A stretch of DNA of 64,000 bases from Candidatus Obscuribacterales bacterium (lineage in GTDB: Bacteria; Cyanobacteriota; Vampirovibrionia; Obscuribacterales; Obscuribacteraceae), in contig CBDDIJ010000005.1 of NCBI GenBank assembly GCA_965228855.1, positions 1,088,001-1,152,000 of the forward strand, given 5' to 3'. The first letter of the stretch is position 1. Each line of letters begins with the position of its first letter. The translations under genes were made by a program, and so were the position numbers. Shown in pieces: positions 1 through 10,227 of the stretch. Under the pieces are notes generated by a model. That model made no database searches, had not been told where the DNA came from, and worked only from the letters and a program-made list of their open reading frames with translations.

Positions 1-48
1 AACGCGCATGGGTTCAATTATATCTGACACCGTGCAGCAGAGCAGCGT

Positions 49-2034
49 TTACTTCTCGCCGATATAGCCCTGTTGCTTCTGAAGTGGAAGGGTGCTTCCA
101 AGGACATTGATTACGCCGGAAACGGGATCACGAGCGATTACGACACGTCGGAAGCGTATGTCGGCGACGGAACCATTTGTCGAATAGGTAGGTCGCATGC
201 CCGGTCCTGTACCGTCGAATTTTTCATACTTAGCATTATCGCGATCAATTTGTGGTCCCAGAAGGCTGATCAGCTGCCATTTGAAAGCGAAGTCTTCCTG
301 GGGCATCAAAGTGGGTATGGCTCCAACGCCAATTCCGATAAGCGGACCGTCAGCTTTCGTTTTCGCACCACGTCCGGCGAGACGTTGACACAAAGACCCG
401 CGACCGAAGTTTCTAAACGCATCTAAATGCAACTTGGGTCTGGCTTGCGAGACGAGATTGTTATCCATGGGTTCGCCCTCGTGCTTGCCGCCGGCGTTTC
501 CATATCGTCGACTGTAGATTCGGACAAACATATCGTATCGAGGCGTCAGTTCAACGGAAGCGAGCGGGATACCGATCGGTGGAATAATCGTCAAGGCGAC
601 TGGCTGCACTGTTCGACTATTAGAACCGTTGGTGAGAGCATCAAAGCACTCGATCATATTTTGTTTATCGCTGACAACCCACCAGGGGTAGGGCTTCATT
701 TCCTTAGCTTCGTAGTCGATGACGCCATCTGTGTCAAATTTATAGATGTGCGCGACTCCGCGTGGTATCGTCCCCACCGGGTGTGACGGAGGCCAGGGCA
801 CATCGCTTCCCTGAGGGAGAAACGGCGTATGATGCATCCCGACCATAGAGTCGACATTAGCTTTGGTACCGGCTCGTCGCAGCCAATCATAGACTGCGAT
901 TTTGCATGCGGAAGAGGCTAGTTTCGTAGACTCGGATGGAATCGGCCAGGTGGCCCCCGGCGACATAGCGCTGCCTCCGGTTGTCGGATAGTCTCCCGGG
1001 GTGGCGTCGAGATATTCGCAGGTGTCTTCAGACTGACTGAGGAGCGGTCCGTACAAATCGATGGGTTGCGTAATCGCCTCCGTCCCATCTGGGACGCCGT
1101 CAGGAAAACTCAATGTCAGAGCACCCGGATACGGACGTGGATCATATACGCTTGCCGGTTGAGCGCACGCCACGGACTTCAGAGTTGCATCACCAGTGGT
1201 GGCATTCTTCACGACCTGCAATGCCTCAGCGCGAATGATAGTGGGATGCTGATAAGGCAACCCTGCTTTCGACGGTTTCCACTGTTTCAAGTCAACCAAT
1301 TTTATGGCGCTTCCGATTCCCGCAAACACGAAATCCTGGTCACCAATCGGCACGTTTACATACGACTTGTAGCAACCGGCAGTCGTGTTTGTGTTATCGA
1401 GAGAGCTGTCAACGCCAACGGGATTCGGAACCGCAATTGAAGTGATACCATCTACAACACCAAGCTCTAATTTCAATGAATTTGGAACGTAATTGCCACC
1501 ACCGGTCATTCGAATCAGGTTCTGCAGATACGCAGCCTCAGCGGCTTGATATGGTTTTACAACAACTCCGTTCTTATTATGAGCACTTCCGGTCGGTTTA
1601 ATCGCATCTTTGATTTCAGTAATCAATTCATCAGCGGCGGCTTTCGCCTTATTCAAATCTATCGTGGCCAGTTCACGCCACTCCGGAACATCCAAACCTG
1701 GTTGACTACCGATTAGATAATCCAGTCTAGCTGTGCCAATCAGGGTGTTTATGCTGTGAACGGGCAAGTAATAAAAGTCACCGGCTGAAGTGGCGGAACC
1801 AATCGGCGCGGAATCGGACAAACCGACATATCCGAAGTCGGGGTTATCGACGACAATAGTGCTGATTTCCCGTGCCGCCGCAATTGCAGCCGACTCGATT
1901 GCCGTTTTCTGCTCGGAGCTACTTCCGACAAGTCGCACATAGCCTAGCGCAAAAAACGCCAGAGCCAGAAAGATTACGACAAATGCCGTAATCAGAATGA
2001 GCATGTTGCCACGATCAGACCTACTTTTCGCCAT
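49..2034 (-). CDS. TadG-like / pilin-like membrane-anchored hypothetical protein
   Basis: 661-aa ORF; N-terminus RGNMLILITAFVVIFLALAFFALG..EQKTAIESAAIAAA resembles the Tad (TadE/G) N-terminal segment; remainder not recognised. Confidence 0.55.
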   Translation of the reverse strand: MAKSRSDRGNMLILITAFVVIFLALAFFALGYVRLVGSSSEQKTAIESAAIAAAREISTIVVDNPDFGYVGLSDSAPIGSATSAGDFYYLPVHSINTLIGTARLDYLIGSQPGLDVPEWRELATIDLNKAKAAADELITEIKDAIKPTGSAHNKNGVVVKPYQAAEAAYLQNLIRMTGGGNYVPNSLKLELGVVDGITSIAVPNPVGVDSSLDNTNTTAGCYKSYVNVPIGDQDFVFAGIGSAIKLVDLKQWKPSKAGLPYQHPTIIRAEALQVVKNATTGDATLKSVACAQPASVYDPRPYPGALTLSFPDGVPDGTEAITQPIDLYGPLLSQSEDTCEYLDATPGDYPTTGGSAMSPGATWPIPSESTKLASSACKIAVYDWLRRAGTKANVDSMVGMHHTPFLPQGSDVPWPPSHPVGTIPRGVAHIYKFDTDGVIDYEAKEMKPYPWWVVSDKQNMIECFDALTNGSNSRTVQPVALTIIPPIGIPLASVELTPRYDMFVRIYSRRYGNAGGKHEGEPMDNNLVSQARPKLHLDAFRNFGRGSLCQRLAGRGAKTKADGPLIGIGVGAIPTLMPQEDFAFKWQLISLLGPQIDRDNAKYEKFDGTGPGMRPTYSTNGSVADIRFRRVVIARDPVSGVINVLGSTLPLQKQQGYIGEK

Positions 2035-2110
2035 AGATACCAGACTCGTTTTTTAAAAGTGAGTAGCCATACTTTATCATGGTGATTTCCAACAGAGCCA
2101 TTGGACCTTT

Positions 2111-4846
2111 CTAGCGATACTTACCGGCGCCGAGAATCTTCACATGCCGCCTGGGCATCGAAGGATCATCTTGTGCCGCCGGGGGCTCAGGGACTGCGGT
2201 TTGCTCCTGCGCTTCACCTGTAGCAGAGCCAATTGAGGAGTTAGGAGAGTTCGGCGGAGGACTACCTTCAATTGGAATTTCGCTGGAAACTGACGGTTCG
2301 AAAAGTTTTTGAAACGGAGCGGGAGCTTGAGGCACAGGTTTCGGATCAGCAGTAGATGATGTTTCGCCGCGCGTAACGCGCTTGAGAGCCTCCGTAGCAG
2401 CTGTTTCCTGATGGATGGTCGGCTCCTGCACCGTCACCGGCGCATCAGGCTTGGTCTGCATGGACATCCATATAAATCCACCCAGAGCACAAAAAATTGC
2501 TATCGTGATCGCCACAAACTTAACCATGCTGCTGGAAGTGCGGTCAGGACGCGCTCCTCCACGCCACTTCTTCACGACGGTTTCCGTTTGAGCCTCTCTA
2601 TATTGTTCGACAATAGAGCTCAGATTCTCGGTTTCCTTAGAAGAAACCGTCGGCTGCGGACGCTCCGCCTCTTTCGCCGCCGACTGTTCCACCTTTCTGC
2701 GCCGGCGACGCTTCTCTTTGAACGGTGACGCATCGGCTTCTCGTCCAGCATCCTGCCACCACGCATCAAAGGCGCGACGCATTTCGGCAACGTCGGAGAA
2801 ACGCGCGTCGGGCGATTTACTCATCGCGCGGGCTAGAATTTCCTCCAGTTTTTCAGTAGCAGGCAAATCGGATCGAAACGTCGAAAGAGCCATCGGCATG
2901 CGGTTTTTATCGCAATGAGCCTTGACCATATCTATATCGGAATCACCTTCATAGGGCAAATTCCCGCAAATCAATTCGTAAGTCAAAACGCCAAGTGAGT
3001 AGATGTCGGATTGAATCGTGAGCGTGTGACCGAGACAGTGTTCAGGGCTCATGTAAGCCGGAGAGCCCACGAGCATGCCGGTTCTCGTCAATCGCTGCAT
3101 CGCATCCTGAATTTGCGCAAGCCCAAAATCAAGCACCTTTATGCGCAGCACTCCGCCTTGCTCGATCAACATAATATTCCCGGGCTTCAAATCTCGATGA
3201 ATAATCCCTTGATCGTGAGCGAACTCGAGCGCATCGAACAATTGCGAAACCATTGCGCAAATATCATTAAAATCTGAAACACAGAATTCTCGTTCCAAAT
3301 AATCTTCCAGTACCGTGCCTGAAAGAAGCTCCATCACAAAATAAGTTTGATTCCTGATCTGCACCCGTTCAAGAGCTTTTACGATGTTGGGATGCTTAAG
3401 CTCAAGGTGCAAATTGATCTCACGACTGAACCTTTCTGACAATTCGCTGTCGGCAAACTTCAAGGACTTGAGCGCCACCATTTTCCCGCTCTCGAGATCT
3501 TGGGCACGATAGACTACTGAAAAACCACCTTCGCCGATAATCTCGTGCACCCGGTAGCGATTGTTCATCACCTTGCCGACTACCGGCTCTGCTTGTGGCA
3601 CGTAGCTGAGTTCTTGCCCTGATACAACTCCGAAACCGTTCATCATATGTGTACTGATTTTCTCAGGAAGTCGCCATCCGGAGCGCGGCTTCGTTTCCGA
3701 ATTACTCGCGTCATCCTGAGGACGTTCATTCGTTTCATCAGCGGTAACGGCATCAATCCCAGGCGTCGGCTCCTCACCAGTTTGTGCTAAATCGGGAGCC
3801 TGCGCGCTTAGCTTGTACTTTCCAATTGGCAAAGTTTTGGGATCAATATACTGCTCAGAATCAGGGTCGTCATCAATGCAAATCGGAAACAAATCCAGTT
3901 CGTCCTGACTCAAATTTTTTTGAACGCCTTGATACCATGTGCGAAGAGCATCCTCGTAGAGCTTCACTGTTTGAAAGCGCTTTTCCGGAGCAGTTTCCAG
4001 GGCAATGTAAATGATGGCGTCCAGGCGATCGCAAAGACGGAGCGCTTGATTCTTTGCGGAGATTGGGTCCGGCTTTTTTTCTGGGTCACAGTGAGACTGC
4101 ATGACTTCGTAGAGCGTGGCAGATCCGGCGTAAGGTGCCTTGCCTGTTGCCAGTTCATACGTCACAAGACCAAGAGCATAAACGTCGGAACGCGGATCGA
4201 GTTCTTTCCCAAGACACTGCTCAGGACTCATATATAGAGGAGAGCCGACTATGTGGCCGGTCTTTGTGAATCTCTGAATCTGTTCATGCAGGCGGGCCAT
4301 GCCGAAATCGACGACTTTCATCTGCACATCGCCATGATTTTCCACCATCACCATATTGGCTGGTTTCAAGTCCCGGTGTATGACACCCTGTCGATGCGCG
4401 TAATTAAGAGCGTTTGCCACCTGGCTGAGGACGAAAAAAATATCCTCTTCCGAGGTCACGCCTCTCGGATTGCTTCGAACAAGATATTGAAGCGACGTGC
4501 CTTCAAGATATTCCATTACGAAACAGGTCTGGCCTGAGCGAGGGTCCGTAACGCAGTCTAGAGCCTCAACAATATTGGAATGTTTGAGAAGACTGTGGAC
4601 CTTGATCTCGTGGATAAAGCGTGCCACCACCTCTGGTGTATCATTCAAAAGAATTTTTATCGCAACCGGACGATCGAGTCTCAAGTGGTGCGCCTTGTAG
4701 ACACGCGCCATAGCGCCCTGGCCAAGCAGCTCGAGGATCTCATACTCTTCGTTCAATTTAGTTCCAACAAGCGAGTCCGTGGATTGCCCCTTTGCACGAG
4801 GTCGAGAACCGACTTTTTTCAGCAATTGCTTTAGGTTTTCCGTCAT
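2111..4846 (-). CDS. Membrane-anchored Ser/Thr protein kinase with two tandem kinase domains
   Basis: Two complete Hanks motif sets (GQGAMARV/VAIK/HRDLKPAN/DFG/YMSPE and GEGGFSVV/VALK/HRDLKPGN/DFG/YMSPE), one TM helix, Pro-rich C-terminal tail. Confidence 0.92.
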   Translation of the reverse strand: MTENLKQLLKKVGSRPRAKGQSTDSLVGTKLNEEYEILELLGQGAMARVYKAHHLRLDRPVAIKILLNDTPEVVARFIHEIKVHSLLKHSNIVEALDCVTDPRSGQTCFVMEYLEGTSLQYLVRSNPRGVTSEEDIFFVLSQVANALNYAHRQGVIHRDLKPANMVMVENHGDVQMKVVDFGMARLHEQIQRFTKTGHIVGSPLYMSPEQCLGKELDPRSDVYALGLVTYELATGKAPYAGSATLYEVMQSHCDPEKKPDPISAKNQALRLCDRLDAIIYIALETAPEKRFQTVKLYEDALRTWYQGVQKNLSQDELDLFPICIDDDPDSEQYIDPKTLPIGKYKLSAQAPDLAQTGEEPTPGIDAVTADETNERPQDDASNSETKPRSGWRLPEKISTHMMNGFGVVSGQELSYVPQAEPVVGKVMNNRYRVHEIIGEGGFSVVYRAQDLESGKMVALKSLKFADSELSERFSREINLHLELKHPNIVKALERVQIRNQTYFVMELLSGTVLEDYLEREFCVSDFNDICAMVSQLFDALEFAHDQGIIHRDLKPGNIMLIEQGGVLRIKVLDFGLAQIQDAMQRLTRTGMLVGSPAYMSPEHCLGHTLTIQSDIYSLGVLTYELICGNLPYEGDSDIDMVKAHCDKNRMPMALSTFRSDLPATEKLEEILARAMSKSPDARFSDVAEMRRAFDAWWQDAGREADASPFKEKRRRRRKVEQSAAKEAERPQPTVSSKETENLSSIVEQYREAQTETVVKKWRGGARPDRTSSSMVKFVAITIAIFCALGGFIWMSMQTKPDAPVTVQEPTIHQETAATEALKRVTRGETSSTADPKPVPQAPAPFQKLFEPSVSSEIPIEGSPPPNSPNSSIGSATGEAQEQTAVPEPPAAQDDPSMPRRHVKILGAGKYR

Positions 4847-4849
4847 ACG

Positions 4850-6331
4850 CTAGTTGGAGATCCAGTCTTTGCGGAACTCTCGGTATTCGATCCGGAATGC
4901 GCGTCGCGTCTGGTTGTTTGTTGAAATAAAATCTTCGCGATAAAGATCACGCAATACATTCGGGTCGAACTTGGGAAGCTTGGTCGATGGAACCTGCGGC
5001 AACTGGGCAACCGTTGCCTGGACAGCCTCCTGAGCGCCTGACTTCGATGCTACCACCGGCACAGTTACCGGCTCGAGCAGAACCTCTTCTTTCGGCTTAG
5101 CCGGCTTAATCAAACCGGCGACGCTCTCCGAGGAAGCGATGAACAGTTGTCTCGTCTCATCCGGTTTTACAAAAGCAGCGTACAAAGCGACTCCAACAAC
5201 AATCAAGCAGCCGATTAGAGCGACGGAAAGTCTGATAGCGGAAGCCATAGGCGACTGGCGAGGCCCTTTAGCCGCAGCGATGCTGGTCAGCTTCATTACC
5301 GCGGTCTCTTCTTGTACGCTTTGCTTGGACTTCAAATTCACCATAGCCCGGACGGTCGTACGCATGTTGTTAGTAATCTTCTTTTTCTTCTTGACCAGCG
5401 GTTCCAGGGCCTTGGGTTCTTCGTTAAACCTCTCGACGACTTGCGATCGTGTAGCCTCAGACCCCTTCACCGAGTCCATCCAATCAATCAATCCATTCTC
5501 GAATTCCGGGGCGCTCTTCAAACGCCATTCCTCATCCGGATCGAGAGTATCATCAAGAAGCTGAGTAAACTCCTCGAATCCTCGCATATCTGAACGGTGT
5601 TCGGACAAGGCATCGAACGAGACTTGATCGATCGCGCCCGAACGAGGATTCAAAATTTCATCCAGCGTCCTATTGGGATCCGGTGATTCACCAGTGACCG
5701 TGTAATACGACAACACCGCCAACTGAAATATGTCTGATTCCGGCTTGGGATACATGATTACACCGGCTGACTCAAAGGCGCGCAGTTGTTGCTGAAGATG
5801 GGAGAAACCAAAATTTGCAATTTTGACGCAAATCTCTCCGTTAACATCAGCAAGACAAATGTTTCTCGGATGCAGGTATCCATGAGCAATTCCATTTTCA
5901 TGGGCAAACTGCAGACCTCGACAGACCTGACTCAAAGTATCGAACACTTCGACTTCCTGTTCGATGAACCCACCGCCGTCCACCAAATCCTCGAGCCGAA
6001 CAAAGTCAACAAACTCCCATACGAAATACGGTCGGCTATCGGCCTCTTCGTATGCTATCAGCTGCAAAATATTCTCGTGTTTTAAACTGAAGACGCCCTT
6101 CGCTAAACTTGCAAAATTGTTAAACCCTGATGGAATCTGCGTCTTTAGAGTTTCAATCAACACAAGTTGGTTAGTGGATAAGTCGCGAGCGGCAAAAATG
6201 CTTCCATCCTCATTTTCTTGAACAAGGTCGGAGATTTTGAACTTTCCGAATAAAATATCGCCAACCCTGCTATCCGCCCTGCTCAGCGGGCGGTCTTGAG
6301 CTTCTGGATTTTCTACGACGGATTCCGACAT
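4850..6331 (-). CDS. Ser/Thr kinase-like protein, probable pseudokinase, with TM helix
   Basis: Kinase-fold motifs LKHENI and HGYLHPRNI (for HRDLKPxN), NFG (for DFG), no Gly-rich loop; TM segment LSVALIGCLIVVGVALYAAFV. Confidence 0.75.
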   Translation of the reverse strand: MSESVVENPEAQDRPLSRADSRVGDILFGKFKISDLVQENEDGSIFAARDLSTNQLVLIETLKTQIPSGFNNFASLAKGVFSLKHENILQLIAYEEADSRPYFVWEFVDFVRLEDLVDGGGFIEQEVEVFDTLSQVCRGLQFAHENGIAHGYLHPRNICLADVNGEICVKIANFGFSHLQQQLRAFESAGVIMYPKPESDIFQLAVLSYYTVTGESPDPNRTLDEILNPRSGAIDQVSFDALSEHRSDMRGFEEFTQLLDDTLDPDEEWRLKSAPEFENGLIDWMDSVKGSEATRSQVVERFNEEPKALEPLVKKKKKITNNMRTTVRAMVNLKSKQSVQEETAVMKLTSIAAAKGPRQSPMASAIRLSVALIGCLIVVGVALYAAFVKPDETRQLFIASSESVAGLIKPAKPKEEVLLEPVTVPVVASKSGAQEAVQATVAQLPQVPSTKLPKFDPNVLRDLYREDFISTNNQTRRAFRIEYREFRKDWISN

Positions 6332-6472
6332 ACCTGGACTTTCCCGGCGAGTAGCTAATACAGTTTTCCAGCATGTGAACCAATTTTAGCTCAAGAAGAG
6401 GTCAAACGCATTCTTTGATTGAGCCCAAAGTTAAAATCAGAACGTTCTTCGTTCCTTAATCTCTCGGATTGT

Positions 6473-7738
6473 TCACCGCGAAGTGCTGCTAAACCGCGCT
6501 ACATCTCTACGGATTGAGGCGAAGCTAAGAATTGCCTGTTCGACTGTTGCTCCGTTGATCGACAAGAGATCCACGAGGTTGCGAGCATGCGTTATCACAA
6601 GTTCATCACTTCCAAACATCCGCGTCAATAACTCGGCAAATTGCGCATCATTAGTGAAACAGTTAAATACAAGTTTCTGAAGTTCTTCTTTGGCGGTGGT
6701 ATCGTCAATGGTGCGACCAATTATGTCTCCGAATTCTTTTTTGCGCGAAACAATCAATTTTGCAATCTCCTTAATGTCCGGCGGCGTCAGAAAACCACAG
6801 GCCAACAGGAACTTATGCAAGTTGAACTTTTCACCATCGCCCATTCGCACGCCGTCTTTCTTGCTCAGGTCAGCGTTGATCAAAAAATTTACAGCTTCAT
6901 GTCCGGTCACGTACCCACCGTCAACCAGCTTACTCAAGCCCAGGGTGGCAGAAACCAGAGCTGGGTCAATCCAGTTAAAACCGCACAGGACTTGCTCTAA
7001 CGGAAGATTATTTGCAACTGCAAAGTTTGTAGCTGTTTGAACATCAGCCTCACTGCATACACGACCGGCGATCAAAAGATCTTGCAGATCAAGCTCGATA
7101 ACAGGCTTCATCGCAATATCCGCATTCATAGCAAGCGGCATTATCTTTAGATGATCGACCGCCTCTGCATAGCTGATTGCTTTTTGTCTGATATTGGTTT
7201 GAAAACCTAAAGCGGCATCAATAATTTCCGGAGGGAAGTTAAAGTGGATACAGAGAACTCTGCCCAACGGTAGCCCGCAGAGATTCTGCAGGGACAAGGC
7301 ATTATTCAACTGCTCGACATCAACCAGTTGCGCAGCCAAAAGAAGTTCGCCAAGGCGCACCGACTCAATCTCATCCACGGATAAACCGATTGCAGCCAGG
7401 GACTCTTTTACGTTCAAGCCTTTAACTTTAGAAAGCTGAAATGCTTCGCGAATGTGCTCGAAATCGCATAGACCGCGACGGTACAATCCATGAAATTCTA
7501 GTAGCCGTCCCAGATCTTCATTGGATATGAGACGACGGACGACCAGCGTGCGACCAAGAGGTATGCCCAATTGCTTTGAAGCCATTAGAGTGCCGGCCAG
7601 TTCTTCAGCAGGGAGCGCATCGAGCGCTGCAAGAAACTCACCGAATCTGATACCGCTTCGTTGCGCGTCGACGTTCGGCATCGCTGCCGATCCAGGCGAT
7701 GGCGGAAGGCCCTTAGCTATGTTTGGTTCTTCGGACAA
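6473..7738 (-). CDS. MshEN-like repeat protein (putative c-di-GMP binder)
   Basis: RLGELLLAAQLVDVEQLNNALSLQ..PLGRVL and RFGEFL..PLGRTL follow MshEN motif spacing. Confidence 0.6.
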   Translation of the reverse strand: MSEEPNIAKGLPPSPGSAAMPNVDAQRSGIRFGEFLAALDALPAEELAGTLMASKQLGIPLGRTLVVRRLISNEDLGRLLEFHGLYRRGLCDFEHIREAFQLSKVKGLNVKESLAAIGLSVDEIESVRLGELLLAAQLVDVEQLNNALSLQNLCGLPLGRVLCIHFNFPPEIIDAALGFQTNIRQKAISYAEAVDHLKIMPLAMNADIAMKPVIELDLQDLLIAGRVCSEADVQTATNFAVANNLPLEQVLCGFNWIDPALVSATLGLSKLVDGGYVTGHEAVNFLINADLSKKDGVRMGDGEKFNLHKFLLACGFLTPPDIKEIAKLIVSRKKEFGDIIGRTIDDTTAKEELQKLVFNCFTNDAQFAELLTRMFGSDELVITHARNLVDLLSINGATVEQAILSFASIRRDVARFSSTSR

Positions 7739-7846
7739 TGCCCTACCCTGACAAGGGTCTTATAGTAAGCGAGTCATGCCTGCCACAGCACTCATAGGAT
7801 GTGTACCACGTTTGCTCCGCTAAACCAACATCTCCCGCCGGCTTCA

Positions 7847-9244
7847 TCAAGGGCGAATTTCGATACCTCTTTCGGTGATATCAAACGGGTGAGCTTTCAG
7901 GTCATGGTTGCAACCACGAGCCTTTACACAGCGAAGTTCTCGCTCATAATTAGGATGATAGCCGCTGCTCAGTAAAATGATATTGTCGGCCATGTTGCTG
8001 TATCGCGCACTTCCTTCTACAGCGAGACTTTCTATGTTACTGGAAGCAGTTTCATACACGAGCATAGAGCTTATGTCCTGAACGGCAAGTGTCTGGCAGA
8101 GCGCGTACAGGTAGTCGTGCAGACGAGACCCGTCGCTTGCTGCCATGGAGAGGTCACCAATGGCATCAATTACGATGCGCGAGAACTTTCGCTCCTCGAG
8201 TAATTTCAAGACGGTTACCACGATACTATCAATCTGGAGTTCTACTGGAGACGCATAGACGAATTCCATGCCGCCCTTACGCAGCTCTTCTTGCGAGTAT
8301 CCAAGTGTGTCAATGGCGCGGAGGAGTTGGGTCGGGTTTTCCTGAAAGTTGACGTACAGACTTTTCTCATTGCACCTGATCGCCTCGAGCGCGAACATCA
8401 AACTGAAGGTAGTTTTACCAGAGCCGGTCGGACCGGCGACCAGCGTTGATGCACCTCTCCACAAGCCGCCATCGAGAAGTCGATCCATGTCTTTGATGCC
8501 ACACGAAATGCGCTCTTTTTTCCACGAGTATGATTCGATTTGCGTCGGACCGATTAGTCGTGGATAAACAGACATGCCCTCATTCGAGATAGAACAGCCG
8601 TGCAGTCCCTCTGCGTACGAACTTCCGCGCAGTTTCAACACGCGTACAAAGCGTTCATCCTTGGTTGTTTCCGAGTTCCGGGAAAACTGAATGATACCGT
8701 CAGCGATGGCAAACTCCGGCAACTCTTTGTAATCTTCCTCGGTGTACTCCCCCACCAGAAAAACGGTGGTATCAAACGCCGATAATATACCGGCCAGGTC
8801 GAAAAGCATCCGCCGATATTCGCTCAGGGAAGAGGCAATATCCTTCAAACCTCTAAACGAATCGATAACAATAATTCTTGGCGACAGCTCAAGAATCATC
8901 TCCTCGACGGTATGAGCGAATCCCTCAATACCTTTTTCAATCAGATTGCGCCCGACTTCCCTGTAGTGAACGACAGATCCAATCTTGTCTTCATCATAGA
9001 AGGAGAAGCGTTGCAAATAAGTGAGTACTTTCGAGATCGGCTCGGATAAAGTGGTCAGATACAATATCGGGCGCTCGCCATGTGATGCGTTGAAGAACAC
9101 AAGTTGCTCGGCAAAAATCGTCTTCCCTGTGCCGGGCTGACCCATGATGATGTTAATCGAATTCTTCGGAAATCCGCCCCTGAGAATCATGTCTACCTGG
9201 CGATTTCCTGTACTGAGCGTATCATTTTCCATCGCGACTGGCAT
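7847..9244 (-). CDS. KaiC-like double RecA-domain ATPase
   Basis: Two Walker A motifs (GQPGTGKT, GPTGSGKT), Walker B IVIDS/IVIDA, KLRGS/KARG fingers; start moved from 9382 to ATG at 9244, which follows AAGGAG. Confidence 0.85.
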   Translation of the reverse strand: MPVAMENDTLSTGNRQVDMILRGGFPKNSINIIMGQPGTGKTIFAEQLVFFNASHGERPILYLTTLSEPISKVLTYLQRFSFYDEDKIGSVVHYREVGRNLIEKGIEGFAHTVEEMILELSPRIIVIDSFRGLKDIASSLSEYRRMLFDLAGILSAFDTTVFLVGEYTEEDYKELPEFAIADGIIQFSRNSETTKDERFVRVLKLRGSSYAEGLHGCSISNEGMSVYPRLIGPTQIESYSWKKERISCGIKDMDRLLDGGLWRGASTLVAGPTGSGKTTFSLMFALEAIRCNEKSLYVNFQENPTQLLRAIDTLGYSQEELRKGGMEFVYASPVELQIDSIVVTVLKLLEERKFSRIVIDAIGDLSMAASDGSRLHDYLYALCQTLAVQDISSMLVYETASSNIESLAVEGSARYSNMADNIILLSSGYHPNYERELRCVKARGCNHDLKAHPFDITERGIEIRP

Positions 9245-10049
9245 GTTCCTTCTCCTTGCTAAGCGCACCAACTGTTTGTTTAAGCATTGCGAGGATGCGA
9301 CCCTTCTCAATTGGTTTTCGAAGGAAAGCGTCCGCGCCTGCAGCCCTGGCTCTTTCCTCCGCAGACAAGACACTGGTGACAATTACAGTAATTATGTGAG
9401 CAGTAGTCGGATCGGTCTTAAGCAGCTTGCAAAGCGCGAGTCCATCCAGTCGTGGAAGAAGCATGTCGGCAAGCACCAGTTTCGGCACCTCTTTTCGCGC
9501 CAGGTCCAGGGCTTCGTAGCCATCACTCACCAGACTCACTCTGTAACCGGCCTCAGTGAGAAATTGTCGAGCCAGATTGCGCACGTACGGGTCGCCGTCG
9601 GCTATCAGGATGAACTCTTGCTCGTGGCGTGAATAAACTTTCGGGTTTACAAGGCACTTCGATATCTCCTGTCGAAGCTCGTCCTCATCGATTCGACCAT
9701 CACCGGGCGTAACACAGAGAAAACCGGATACACCGAGATTGTTTGCGCGCATTTTCAAGTCTTCGCGAGATTCATCGGCGACGTCATGAAGAAGCAGCAC
9801 AAGTACCGGCACACTGTCGAAAACTTCCTGCCCTCGTACAAGTTGAAGAAACTCAAGCGGCTCAGCACTGCTGAACGGCACAGTCACGATTATGAGGTCC
9901 AGTTCTTGATGCAGCTTCTCATATGACAGACGCCTCTTTGCTTCAAAATGTGAGTAGGCGAACTGCAGATCATATATAGGGTTGAGAATCTGTTTTAAAT
10001 TGCTCAGTTCATCCGGATCTATCGTTATCAGGATTCTGGGTTTGTCCAT
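9222..10049 (-). CDS. Tandem receiver-domain (REC-REC) protein
   Basis: C-terminal REC intact (ILIADGD, LVLADMLLP, FLRKP); N-terminal REC-like domain lacks the phospho-Asp (DLIIVTV); overlaps the ATPase start. Confidence 0.8.
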   Translation of the reverse strand: MDKPRILITIDPDELSNLKQILNPIYDLQFAYSHFEAKRRLSYEKLHQELDLIIVTVPFSSAEPLEFLQLVRGQEVFDSVPVLVLLLHDVADESREDLKMRANNLGVSGFLCVTPGDGRIDEDELRQEISKCLVNPKVYSRHEQEFILIADGDPYVRNLARQFLTEAGYRVSLVSDGYEALDLARKEVPKLVLADMLLPRLDGLALCKLLKTDPTTAHIITVIVTSVLSAEERARAAGADAFLRKPIEKGRILAMLKQTVGALSKEKEHASRDGK

Positions 10050-10227
10050 GCGTCGTGTCTCCGTGACGAAGCATCTCAGTCAAATGTCGCGCCACATTTC
10101 TGCAAAAAATTGAAAAATTGGCGACAGAGACTAGATAGCATTGAATTCCAAAAACGATGAAAGCTTGACTGACAGCGAGCCCAGCTCATGAACGGACACG
10201 AAAACATGGCATCTGGCGAAAGACTGT

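Noticed and set aside
7847..9244. Circadian clock kaiC
   Set aside because: No kaiA or kaiB adjacent, the Thr phosphosite equivalent is missing, and there is no C-terminal tail.
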